Positions 15,276-29,689 of a DNA stretch of 64,000 nt are shown in pieces (the first letter of the stretch is position 1; each line of letters begins with the position of its first letter). Both the position numbers and the translations under genes were made by a program. The notes below the pieces were generated by a model that made no database searches, was not told where the DNA came from, and saw only the letters and a list, made by a program, of their open reading frames with translations. This DNA comes from the human T2T-CHM13v2.0 reference genome, Homo sapiens: the NCBI RefSeq assembly GCF_009914755.1, contig NC_060925.1, one strand, 5' to 3'.

Positions 15276-16997
15276 CTAATTAATGGGGGGAAAATAACTC
15301 TTAGAAGCCCAGGAATAAAAGATTAATTTAACAACAAAATCAGACAATACCAAATTTAATAATAAACTCTACATTGGAACAAGAGAAAGATTCCAGATAT
15401 TAATTATAATGTTTAATATATTTCTGGAATTTTTAGCCAGTGTATTGAGACAAGAAAAATCAATACAAGTTATAAAAATTGGAAGTGATGATATTATTAT
15501 TTTTATGAACAAAAATAAAAATAAAGTAATTTTCTATATATCAAATCCAACAGAATCTATAGGCATATTTTATGACCAATAAGAGAGTTCCACCCTAGTT
15601 TTCAGAAAGAAAATCAATGCAGAAATATTAGAGCATTCCTATTTACCCATATTAACTATGTGAAAATATAGTGGAAAACATGCTATTTAAATAACAGCAA
15701 AAGTTTTATAGTACTTCAGTATAAATTTAATGAAAGATGTATAAAACTTTAAAAAAATCATATGTAATATTTCTGAAGGATGCAAAGGAAGATTTGAATA
15801 AATAGAAAAGTTTATCATATTTATGACAGGGAAGGCATAATATCAAAGACATGTCAAATTTTACAAAATTAATCTATAAATTTCTTGCAGTTCCAATAGA
15901 AATCCACTAAAAATTGATTCTAAAAATCATATATAAAAGCAAAGTGTCAAAATAACAATAAAAGATATGCAATACCAATACAAGAAAGATAATTTTCACT
16001 ACTTGATATGAAGATTTGTATAAAATTATAATAATTAAGACAATTTTATATTTGCACGGAGACGGAAAAATGAAAAATGGGACAAAATCAAGAATCAAGA
16101 AACAGAGCAAAATATGTATGGGACTTTGGCAGACCACTGAAAATCTTTAGGAAAAATATAGCTGAGCAATTTGTTTACATAAGAAAATATTAAATTATAC
16201 TTTTCAAAACAGAAGCAAAAACAACTCCAGATAAGTTAAAGTATTAAATGAGAAAAAGAAACATTAAACACATTAAGAGAAATACAGAATATCTTTGTGC
16301 CATGAATGCATAGAATTACTTCAACACAAAAACACACAAAATTATAAGACTAATAAAATGAGTAAAATTAGTTTTTGGAAAAGTAAAACAAATAAAAATA
16401 GTAGCTTTGACTATGTTTTCTAAAGAAATATTTGGATTCTGTCAAATAAATAGCTTATTACTCAAAATAATTTTTTTAACTCCTAAATACTTGTGAGAAA
16501 AAGGCAAATGGCTCATTTGAAAAAAATAGTTGCAAACTGTGAACAGGCAATTCACAGAAACAGAAATGTAATGGTCAATAAACAGGGTGTTAATCCTACT
16601 AATTAACAATATGTAAAGTAAAATAATAAATATTGTCTTCTATCAAATTGGCAAATATTTTATAATCTGATGATAGGGAGGGTTTATGAAGATGTAAAAA
16701 AATGATAACCTTTTGTATTGTTAAACCAACAAAAGGTATTTAGTCCACCAAACATAAACTATGTATATTAAGCAACAACATAAAGTGCGGTCACTTATTT
16801 TAACTCCTGTAAACTCTGTGATCAATTATGCGCCTCCATAGATCTTCATTGTGTCCCTTTATCTTTCTTGTCTCTACCAGATCAGGGCCACCCTATGGTC
16901 CCTCCTCTTCATGATTCATCTCCCACCATTATATCCAGCCTAAGACAGCCTCCAAAAGCCTATAGAGGATAGCGGTGTTGTCTTCTCCAGGGCCTTT

Positions 16998-17761
16998 CTT
17001 TATTATTATTATTGTTATTATTATTCTTTAAGTATACTTTAAGTTCTGGGGTACATGTGCAGAACATGCAGGTTTGTTACATAGGTACACACGTGCCATG
17101 GTGGTTTCCTGCACTCATCAACCCTTCAACTACATTAGGTATTTCTCCTAATACTATCCCCCCACCACCCCCACAACCCCTGGCAGGCTCTGGTGTGTGA
17201 TGCTCCCCTCCCTGTGTCCATGTGTTCTCATTGTTCAACTCCCACTTATGAGTAAGAACATGCAGTGTTTCATTTTCTGTTCCTGTGTTAGTTTGCTGAG
17301 AATGATGGCTTCCAGCTTCATCCGTGTCCCTGCAAAGGACATGAACTCATCCTTGTTTATGGCTGCATATGTATATGTGCCACATTTTCTTTATCCAGTC
17401 TATCATTGATGGACATATGGGTTGGTTCCAAGTCTTTGCTATTGTGAACAGTGCTGCAATAAATATACGTGTGCATGTGTCTTTAGAGTAGAATGATTTA
17501 TAATCCTTTGGGCATATACCCAGTAATGGGATTGCTGGGTCAAATTATTCCTGCTTGATCCTTGAGGAATTGCCACATTGTCTTCCACAATGGTTAAACT
17601 AATTTACACTCCTACCAACAGTGTAAAAGCATTCCTATTTCTCCACATCCTCTCCAGTATCTGTTGTTTCCTGACTTTTTAATGATTGCCATCACTGGTC
17701 ATTAGATAAATGCAAATCAAAACCACAATGAGATACCATCTCACACCAGTTAGAATGGCAA
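16998..17761 (-). mobile_element. 5'-truncated L1PA with a 5' inversion (twin priming)
   Basis: Antisense L1PA 3' UTR with (TTA)n tail; plus-strand L1 segment ~17693-17763; TSD tccagggccttt / tccaaggccttt (16986-16997 / 17762-17773). Confidence 0.93.
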
Positions 17762-17899
17762 TCCAAGGCCTTTAGTAAAACCTTTGGAGAGGAAATGTTC
17801 TCTGGGACATCCTAGGAAAATGTGATTTGGGGTAGATGAAAATAAAATGTTTCCCTCCAAAATTCATATCCCCCAAAGCTTTCAGGCTTTTCCTTCTAC

Positions 17900-18119
17900 A
17901 ACAAGGGTAGGAAACCATTTTCTGTAAATGGTCAGAGAGTAAATATTTTAGGTTTTGCTGACCACACACAGCCTCTTTCCCATCTAGTCTGTTTTTTCGT
18001 TTGTTAATATCCTCTAAACACAGAACAACCATTCTGTTTTATGGCTGTAAAATACACATACAAACAAAACCAAGCTGTGGGCTAAAGATTGACTCATTGG
18101 CCATAGTTTGCTGACCCTG
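17900..18119. mobile_element. MER58A-like hAT-Charlie DNA transposon (MITE)
   Basis: caagggtaggaaaccattttctgtaaatggtcagagagtaaatattttagg ... ggccatagtttgctgaccctg terminal inverted ends. Confidence 0.8.
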
Positions 18120-18159
18120 CTCTATGGCAGAAGAAGGAAATTCTAGCAACTCAGCCCCA

Positions 18160-18810
18160 ATTTGTGTATTTCTAGGAATTTGCCCATTTCATCTAGGTTA
18201 TCTAATTTGTTGGGGTACAATTGTTCATAGCATTTTCTTATAATCCTTTTTATTTCTTCAGTGTCTATAGTAATGTTCCCAAATTCATTTATTTTAGTTA
18301 TTTGTTTCTTCTCTATTTTTCTTCATCAGTCTAGCTAAAGGTTTCTAAATGTCACTGATTCAAAAAGACCAACTTTTGGTTTCATTAATTTATTGCTATT
18401 ACTTTTCTAGTCTCTATTGTGTTTATCTCCACTCTAAATTTATTGTTCTTTTCTTTCTACTAGCTTTGGGTTTAGTTAGCTCTTTTTCTATTTCCCTGAG
18501 GTACAAATTTAGCTTACTGAATTGAGATTTTTCTTCCTATTTTTAATGTTGGCATTTATTGATATAAAATTTTCTCTAAGCACTACCTTTGCTACATTCC
18601 ATAAGCTTTAATATGTTGTGCTTTTGTTTTCTTTCATCTGTATCTCCTAATTTTCTTTGTATTTTTTCTTTGAGACTTTGATTGTTTGAGTGTCTTGTTT
18701 AATTTCTTCATATTAATTTTCCAGTTTCCCTTCTTTTATAAATTTTCAGCTTCATTTCATTGTGATTAGAGAAGATATTCTTTCTGTATGATTTCAATCT
18801 TTAAAAAATG
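18160..18810 (-). mobile_element. L1M ORF2 fragment
   Basis: ctaggaatttgcccatttcatctaggttatctaatttgttgg...gaccaacttttggtttc. Confidence 0.85.
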
Positions 18811-19249
18811 TATATGGCTTTATTTTAGACAGATCAACTATATAATATCGAGAATTTTCTAGCAAGCTTTAGTAAACCATAGTCTATGGAATCAGAAACA
18901 GAAGAACAAAAATATGGTAATAGAATTTTTCTCTTATTAGAGATTAGCTAAACTGATATCCAGGGAGAATTAGGAAGAATACAGAAATGAAAGGATACTA
19001 ACAGACTGGGGTTATCAGAGGGAGTCAAGAGATCACAGGTCATAAATGCGTAAGATTGAAAGAGAAGAAAAACTGATAAGTAAAGAAATTGGGGTAAAGA
19101 AGGGGTAGAATATGGGATGACATAAAAGTGCTAGTATGATTTCAAGTGAGATTAAGTTCCTTCCAGCTCTGAATAGAGTAGCATAGTTAGATCGCTTTGG
19201 ATTTTAAACCTTTGGATTTGAGGACATTAAAAAAATTCTATAGAAGTCT

Positions 19250-21335
19250 TCCATTGTCAGTCAAGATGGGATGATTGTAACCAGATTTATCCTATGACCT
19301 AAATTTTTAAAAAACTGGACAGAATATATGAAGTGACAGTTTTCAGATATTAGACAGTAGAGAGTGCAGAACAACAATTTCTAAGAGAAAGAACACCATT
19401 GAGAAGAGTTCTGTGATTGTCATTAGAAAGAGCATCTAGGTTGCAGCAAAGAGAGGAATAACCCAGGTGTAGCTGGCCATCATCCTGTGTTGAGGAGAGA
19501 GAACAAGGAGGCTGAGAGTCCAAAGAAACTGGAGTTGTGAAGCAGGGTACCAGAGAGGAGGTTACTGAATACACAGAGAGAAAAACTCTAGAAATCTGCG
19601 GATGCTCCAACTTGAGTCTTCAGCTGACTCAACACATGTATATGAGGACACTACCTATGCTCAGGAGAACTACCCCAAAAGAAGAGAGGAAAAATGTATA
19701 GATCTATAGGGGTGTGAACAGTCTGTGTGCTCACTAATCACAGTAGGAAACATACTAATTCACAGGGTGTAGGGTGGCATAGTCAGGAGATTGCCTCAGA
19801 AATCTGCCAAAAAACAACAGCCATACATTAAAGTTTACTGTGTTCTAAACATTTTAAACAAAACAAAACAAAACAAAAAGCCTCAAAAGGATCAGTTTCC
19901 AAAGTTGGAGGACAGGCAGTATCTGATTTTGAGATCTTTTAAAACTCTACAGTAATCAAGACATTTTAGTATTGGCATAAAACTAGATAAATAAGTCAAT
20001 AAACAGAAAAGACAGTCCAGAAATAGACCCACACGTATATATGCAATTGATTTTTGACAAAAATGCCAAGGCAATTCAATGGAAAAAGATAATCTTTTCA
20101 AGAAATGATGCAGGAAAATTTGAGTTACAAAAAACAAAAAACATTGACCCTGGCCTCCTACCATATACAAAATATTAACTTGGAACAGTCATAGACAGGA
20201 TGTAAGAGCTGTAACTATAAAACTTCTAGAAGGAAACGTAGGAGCAAATCTTATTGACCTCAGATTTCGCAAAGATTTCCTAAATATATCAAAATACTTA
20301 CTATAAAAGAAAAAACTTGATAAATAGGACTGTATCAAAATGAAACACTTTTGCCACTCAAAAGACACTGTTAAGATATTGTTATGAAAAGGAATAAAGC
20401 CAAAGATAAAAATATTTGCAAAACATCACATATATCCAACATAAGATATGCAGCTAGAATATAAAAGAACACATATTTCAGTTACAAGACAGCACAATGA
20501 AAAAATGAGCAAAATTACTGAGCAGCAACTTCACCAAAAACTGTGTAAATGTCAGTGAGCACATGAAAATATGTTCAATACCATTGTCATCAGGGAAGTA
20601 TAAATTTAAACCACTGTTGGATGTCGCTATGCATACGCCAACATAGCTGAAGTTAAAAGTATGACCATACAAAGTGTTGCAGCTGGAACTCTCTTGAACG
20701 GCTCATAGAACTGTAAAATGCCACAAACATTTTGAAAAGAGTTAAGCAATTTCTTAAAATATTAAATATACCCAATCCTATAACTCAGGCTATGTATTTA
20801 CCCAATAAAATGAAAGCATATGTCTATACAAACACTTATATGTGAATATTCATAGTAGTTTCGTTTGTAGTGGACAAAAATTGGAAACAACCAAATGTCC
20901 ATCAGCAGATAAATGGAAAACAAATTGTCATCTATCCATACAATGAAATAATACTAAGCAATAGAATGAAGTAAACTATTGTTACATGCCACAATATAGA
21001 TGAATCTCAAAGTTATTATGTGGAGTGAAAAGAAGCAGGCAAAAAAAGAGAGAGAAAAAGAGAATGCATACTGCCTGACTTAATTTTGTAAGGTTCTAGA
21101 AAATGCAAATTGATCTATAGTCACAGATCAGTGGTTGCCTTGGGTGATGGGAGGAATGAAGGGGAGAATAGTATTCCAAAGAGACACAAGGAGACTTTTG
21201 GGCTTGATGAATGCAATATATTCATTATCTTGATTGTGATAGTTTCACAAATATGTACATGTCAACATTCATCAAATAATACACTTTATATATGTGCATT
21301 TTAATGTGCATCAATTGTACTTCAATAAAGATATA
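19250..21335 (+). mobile_element. L1M (MC/MD/ME-like), 5' region joined to ORF2 3' end and 3' UTR (internal deletion near 19900)
   Basis: L1 5'-like caagatgg start; ORF2 motifs ccagaaatagacccacac, gatttttgacaaaaatgccaagg; 3' UTR ending in aataaa (~21324). Confidence 0.8.
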
Positions 21336-21516
21336 ATAAAAAGGAAACTGTATTTTGATGATAATCACTAATTTAAGTGCTGTAGTTGTACAGAGTATGA
21401 CAAGATCTGGACTGGAAAAAAATATATACATTTGTGTCCTATGAAGACTAAAGTCATCCATTAAAGTGGGATTACATCTGAGAGATCATCAGAAAATATT
21501 GAAAATAAAAATAAAA

Positions 21517-21987
<471 letters not shown>

Positions 21988-22723
21988 TTATTTCATCAAA
22001 GGAAGGTATGGAAGATGGTTTTTGAAATATATTGGCAAATTTGAAAGAAAGAAGGGGCAATAAAAGGCATACAGATTTCACTAGTTCATTACTTAGGAAA
22101 TTGACAGAAATCTTTCATTTTTCTTACCTGAAAATGGATTAATAGCTACACTATACCTTTTGTTAAAATTAGTTAACATGAATATTTAACATCTCATTAC
22201 ATTATAATCACGAAAGGCAAACGTTGTCACCATCTAACATGATTGTGCCCTTTATATAAAAATATTTGCTGTATTTGTGATTTTACGCATTTGTTCAGTT
22301 GTTTATACAGGTTAACTGTTATAAATACTTACTTTGTTTAGGGTCAGATTTACCAACCAAAATAATCTTAGTAGTAAACAATTTATTTTTGTAATCAACC
22401 ATGTTTTTGAAGATTTCTTGTCATTCAAAAAAGTGAATTAAAAACAATGTCAGTAATTCCTGCCTGATTAGTTAACCTTAAAAGCAGATTCTTTCAATGA
22501 AGTGCTAAGAACCTAGTATCTCATTTTATCAGTTAGACAGTCATTATATCAAGAAACACATTGCTGTCAAAACTATTTTTAGAGCATATTCAAAGATTAT
22601 CTTTGCCTCAACAATGATGTCCCTCTGACTCTCCTAACATATGTATTCTTTATTATGAAGCAAAGATATAGTCCGTGTGGTTGCATAAATATACAAGTCC
22701 CACAAGACAGCTTGCATTAAAAT

Positions 22724-22822
22724 AAAATACAGCTACAAAATAAGGTAGGAATTACACCTTAATAAAATAAAATAAAACAAAATACAGGCATATACAAAAT
22801 AAGATAGGAATTACACCTTAAT
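22724..22822. repeat. Imperfect local direct duplication (~40-44 nt unit, tacaaaataagRtaggaattacaccttaat)
   Basis: Copies at 22724-22763 and 22779-22822. Confidence 0.9.
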
Positions 22823-22879
22823 TAAAAACATACTCAAACTAAAAATAATACAGAAAAGAGCAACTTTAAGACAATGAAG

Positions 22880-23800
22880 AGAATATAATTAATGCATCAT
22901 TTAGCAAAAATGTTTCAGGCACTTTACTTGACAATTGGGACAAATCAGCAGGAAAGAAAGGGGACAGATTCCTGCTTTGGAGGAGTTATATTTTAACAGG
23001 CTGTAGCTGACCCAAAAAACAATAATTATATTAATAAGCAAAATATAAAATATACTAGAAGTTTATAAGTTCTGTAGGAAAAAAATGGAGCAGGAAAAGG
23101 GGAACCACGAAGACAAGGAAGGATATGGAGACTGACATTTTGAATAGGATGGGTAAGGTAAGCCCTTTGAGAAGGTGACATTTGAGTAAAATCTTCAGTG
23201 GAGTGAGGGATTTAGCCATACAGATCTTCAGACAGAGTGCAAAGACTCTAAAGCACCTGCAATATTCACTCAGAGAATGGAGGCAGGATGGCTGAAGAAG
23301 AGGGAGCCATGAAGAGAATAGTAGGTGGAAAGGTCAGAGAGGTTATGGGCAAGATAAGGTAGACCTTTGTGTGCCATTGGCTTTTTACGCTGCGAGAAAT
23401 AGAAGCTGTTAATGGTTTTGAAAAAGGCACAATGTGATCTAATTTCCATTTCAAGAGAATAATTCTGGCTGCATTATTGAGAATAGAGAGTAGAGGGACA
23501 GAGATAGAAGTAGGAAGACAGGGGACCATTGTATAGTAGTAATACAAGTGAGATTTTATGAGGTTGAGACTAAAGTGAATGTCATGAGAAGTTGGATTCT
23601 GAATGTAATGAGGAGTTGAGTGTAAAGGAGTTGTGTGTAGAGTTGAGTATTTTATAATAGAAAGGTTGTGGGGTGTGAGGGAAAGATGGTAGTTAAGGAT
23701 AAAGCCACAAGTTTTGCCTAAGTTTCTATAGAAGGATGGAGTTGCTATTAATTGAGATATGGAAGACTGGATGGAGCAGGTTTTGATGGACATACATTAG
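22880..23800 (-). mobile_element. L2
   Basis: gagaaggtgacatttgag, tgtgatctaatttccatttcaagagaataattctggctgc, gatggagttgctattaattgagat. Confidence 0.85.
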
Positions 23801-24767
23801 GAAGGCCAGCACATGAAAATTTCCACTCTATAAAGTGGGTACTATATGCCTTGCACAATTCCAATTGATAGGTGCATAAGCGTGAACAAAGTATAGTTCC
23901 AGTCCCCCAGGGAGTTAACCGTTAGGTGGGCCAATTAATAAACCAGGCTGGGGATGCTCCAGACCTAAAGGAATTGTGTAGGAGGGGTTTATGCCTAACT
24001 TCGAGAACATCATCAAATCTTGGAATACTAAAATGTAGAGAGTAAACTACAGAGTTAAATCTCAAACTAACTAAACCTCTTGACCCAATTGGTAGCATAC
24101 TGATGAAGCTAATAGAATCATAGCTAATATTAAATAACAAGAAAGTATAACATGAAACTATGTACTAAATATTCCCAAGTGTTTTATATCTTTATTTTAT
24201 ATATTTAAGTATTAGTGCAAGCTAAAACGATCATTTCCCAAAATGTTTAAATAAATGCACCATGCAAAAGAAACATAAGTAAAATTAATAATTTGAGAAA
24301 ATATTACATTCTTTTAATGTTGATTGAGCTCAGCAGCCACATCCATGTTTTCTGAGGATGTTAGATTGAATGAAATATTGGTTTGATAACAATTACTGTC
24401 TTCTAAAACAAAATATTTTCTTTTGATTATGGAAGAAATTGAATGTTATAAACATTTCAGAATATAAAGAAAAACACAAAGAATAGCAAAATAGTAAAAA
24501 AATAATAATAATAATGCCCTTTTTCAGGGTTAAACACTGTTAACTGCTAACATTTTGGTATTTGCCCTAAGACTACATTTAGAAAAATGCATATTTTAAA
24601 ATAAATGTAAACATACACATTTACATTAACATTTACCAATCTCCCTCAGAAAGGATTTGGAAGAAAAGAAAGATTTATCTGTTTGCAGCATATAATAACA
24701 AGTGTTAGTTAAGGCAAAAATAAACATTCTAAAATAAAAGAATGTTATTGTCAAAAACACATTTTAG

Positions 24768-24826
24768 GGGAGAGCATATCTCTAAAATCAAAAGCTGATA
24801 ATTCAGTGAAAATAAGATTCACTCTG
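24768..24826 (+). CDS. Candidate 59-nt alternative exon (phase 1 to 0: xESISLKSKADNSVKIRFTL)
   Basis: cacattttag|GGGAGAGC...ACTCTG|gtaatt; open only in phase 1; weak pyrimidine tract. Confidence 0.3.
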
Positions 24827-25099
24827 GTAATTTTTTTTTTCTACAAATTTTGGGCACACCTACATCAAGTGAAATAAAATTCAGTGTTTTATATAGGTCT
24901 TATCAGCATTGACTTTTCACATTGCAAGATCTTAAGATGTATCCTTTACATTGATAACAGCCATTTTCATCTAATTAAATTGTCATGATTTTATATATGT
25001 ATATATGCATATGTGTGTTTATATATTAGGTATATATTCATATATTCACGTGTTGACTACTTTATTCAGTCACTGGTTAATAGTAAGCAAAGGGTGACA

Positions 25100-25410
25100 T
25101 AAGAAAATACTTATTACAGTGAACATTATATAAAGCTTAACATGTGCCTAGCACTCTTCTAAGTGCTTCCTTACTGATCAACTAGTATCAACCTCACAAC
25201 ACCTCAATGAGCTAAGTATTATTCAGGTCTGAGCTAAGTACAAAAGTACTAAGTACTATTGTTCCACCACTTTACTGATGAGGAGAAACAAGTAAGAGAG
25301 AGGTAGAATACCCTATCTTTGCTTACTCTAAGTAACACTGATGTGAAGTGGCACTGGGTTACCCACCCTGGCTATTGAGCTCAAAATTTGTGCCCTTAAC
25401 GGCTATACTC
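25100..25410. mobile_element. MIR
   Basis: aacatgtgcctagcactcttctaagtgctt...cactttactgatgaggagaaaca. Confidence 0.65.
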
Positions 25411-26064
25411 TGCAGCTTTATGAACAATCATCCAGTCAATTTCTGCTTTTCTAGATGTATAGCTATTTTAAAAATTATTTTGGATAAATATATACAGTTA
25501 TGAATAATCACTATTACTTTTAACTTAAAAATTTAGATGTTTAGCCTGAATGTTCTCTGTGAACTTTTTCTCAGGCAATTTATATTTACCAATTGCATTT
25601 TACAATTATTCAACCAATTTACATTTCTAACTTTTTTCCTAAGATCACAGAAACTTTTCTTAGATTCAGCACCTCCTGTTATTTTCCAGTATTTTTATAT
25701 ATATATGATTTTTCTCCCCAGGCTTGAAAAAATAGTTTATTTGTAATTCAGCTTTTCTGGTAGCAATTAACAAGTCACTACACTAGCTGGCCTGGTTCTA
25801 TTGTTTCTTAGGCGACTAAGTATGTGCCTACACTGTACTTGGTATTTAAATAAATCAATGATAAGGATCTTTCCCTGGAAGAATTTATAGTCTAATTGAA
25901 AAGTAGACACTCTACCCTTCACAAACAAAACTGCCCTATCAGCGTTTCTTGGCTTTTTATCACCATGAAAATCATAGGAATTTCGCCTGGCCATACACTC
26001 CAATGAATAAACACTGTGGGTGATGTACAACTCCTGTTTATTCACTAAAAAACATTGCACTCTC

Positions 26065-27226
<1,162 letters not shown>

Positions 27227-27393
27227 TGAGCAAATGGGAGCATTGTCAGTACAGAAATAGATTCAGATCTCCCATAGTTTTTTTTTCTTCTTCAAGTGTA
27301 TCATGTTAAGGTTTCTTGATTTTTGTCATTAGTAACAAATTATTTACAACTATTGACATTTAAATTTAAACTAACATTTTGCATCTTATATAG

Positions 27394-27446
27394 TTTTTGA
27401 GGGCTTGTGTAGTCATGGAAGGATTTATCGAGAAGACGAACCTTGA
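27394..27446 (+). CDS. Candidate terminal coding exon (phase 1: xFEGLCSHGRIYREDEP*; phase 0 also open to 27507)
   Basis: Consensus branch point ctaac (27371-27375), then ttttgcatcttatatag| acceptor; unique sequence with retained CpGs. Confidence 0.45.
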
Positions 27447-28241
27447 AGGATGTGTATTATTGACTGAAGAGATACCTTTAAGTTACTATGGCTTACCTTT
27501 TACTTAAATTATTCTTCTTGAAATCTGTTGTTTTCTTAAGCAACAACAAAACAAAACAAACTGCATTCAATTTCACTGACAGGATCCATTGAACTGGTTG
27601 TGTAGCTCCATAGCCAAAATTGTATTGTATTAAATTTGTGTTTTACAGTTTAATTGGAATGCCTAGAATCAAATTTAGTTCTTCTAATGAGGTCTCATAT
27701 CTAATTGAACAATATATTGGTCTTTATTTTTGTTACAAAATAATGGAAAAATATATGTCCCCTATTCCACTTCCCGTATCTTATCTATCAGCATCTACAA
27801 AGGCTCTCACTCTCTATTGACAAGCAATTACTGGCCACCAAAAAACAATTTTAGGATAGTTTTCATGAAGAAACGCTCATTTTAAAAAGAGGTAAACAGT
27901 TAAAACATTTTATCAATTCTAACTATCCTGGTTTTTAACCAAGACATTTATTTACATTACAAAACAAGCATTTGCAAATTACAAATTTCTAGAAAAAAAT
28001 TATCTTTTCTAATGAAAGAAAATATTTTGAATGATGAAAATAGCAAGTAGAGAAGTGTATCTACAGATTTCGTATCTATACTGTGGTTTTCTTATTTTGC
28101 AATGTACGGTCAAAGACAAATTAGAAAACCGACTAGATATGGTCCACAGATTCCTTTTTCTGCAACAACCTAAAATCTGATTATGAAGTCTTTCACTGAT
28201 AATTACATTTGTGTTTAAGGCAATGTTTCCCTGTTGTTTGA

Positions 28242-28617
28242 TGATATGGTTTGGCTGTGTCCCCACCCAAATCTCATTTTGAATTGTAGTTCCCATAATC
28301 CCCTTGAGGTCTGGGAGGGACCCAGTGGGAGGTAATTGAATCGTGGAGGCAGTTACCCGTATGCTGCTGTTCTCATAATAGTGAGTAAGTTCTCAGAAGA
28401 TCTGATGGTTTTATAAGGAGATTTTCCCTCTTTTGCTTGGCACTTCTTGCTGCCACCATGTGAGGAAGAACATGTTTGTTTCCCCTTTCCCCATGATTGT
28501 AAATTTTCTGAGGCCTTCCCAGCCATGCTGAACTGTGAGTCAATTAAACCTCCTTCCTTTATAAATTTCCCAGTTTTGGGTACGTCTTTATTAGCAGTGT
28601 GAGAATGGACTAATACA
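28242..28617 (+). mobile_element. THE1 (B/C/D) solo LTR
   Basis: tgatatggtttggctgtgtccccacccaaatctc...gagaatggactaataca; flanks tttga / tttgg (5-bp TSD, one mismatch). Confidence 0.95.
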
Positions 28618-29689
28618 TTTGGTCCTCATGGCATATTTTTTAATCTAGAATTTTCCATGGACTTCAAAGAATGCTAACCAAGCTAGCAATGTTGCATACA
28701 GTACATTCATCACAATGGCTGAACAGTACTGTACTCTGTACTGTCTCATCCAGGGCACCATTCACTAGGTTGAACTTCAGCTCAAAGACCTTGTTTGAAT
28801 TGTTACTAACTTGTGTGGCCCTTAGGAGGCAATCATCGAAGCTTTATCTTTCTTCCTATGGGGGCTCAATTTATATAACCCTCTCATCTTTTATTCTCAA
28901 TTGATTGTACCTTTCTTCTCAGCAATTCTTATGACCTGTTTGGCCCAATACCATAATATTCTGATTTTTTCTGCAGCTGTAGAAAAAGTACATTCTAAAC
29001 ATTGATCAATTTGGCAGCATATTTATTAAATATTATAGCCTTTAAAAGGGGTAGCATAGGGAATATGATGTTTCCTTAAACAGTTAGTTTTGTGGACAAT
29101 TACAGTTCACCCTATAAACATATCCAGTCTAAATTTATTTTGAATGTCCCTCATAGATCTATTTTTTAATATCCTAATTAAGTTTCCATTTTATCCAGTT
29201 TACATTTTACCCAGTGTTGAAATGTAAAGACCAGATGACAGATTATTTTGTGGCTAATACTACCATACATTTATAAATTTGTGATACAAAGATCTGAATT
29301 CTAATTTAATAGAAAATAAGCCCTTGATCTTGGTGCTATGCTAGGCAAGTTTCCAGTACCAAAATTTATGTAGGCCTGAATAAATGATTTGAGGATAATA
29401 AAACACAGTTTCAAATTTTCATGAGAGTCATAGGAAAACAACAAGAACAAAAGATATCTATAATGTTTAATGGTCCTCCTTATATGATGATATCCAAAAT
29501 CAATATTATCTTTTCATTATTAATGCAGAATATATATCATTGAACTAATGAAATAATGCAATTATTGAGGAATGTTTTATTCCTCCAAGTCTCTGACCTT
29601 ATGTTTTCATTGGCAGTGAGTAACATAGCAGTTTCAAGTATCTCCACGATTATGAGAAACTATACTACAATTGTTGATTAATGTACTTT

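Noticed and set aside
23266-23793. 175-aa minus-strand ORF
   Set aside because: Lies within a decayed L2; no recognisable domain
25208-25260. Repeated tgagctaagta motif
   Set aside because: Short slippage duplication inside a MIR; two copies only
25722-25746. Strong plus-strand acceptor ttttctccccag followed by LEKIVYL*
   Set aside because: Phase-1 frame stops immediately and nothing else supports it; cannot be excluded as a minor exon
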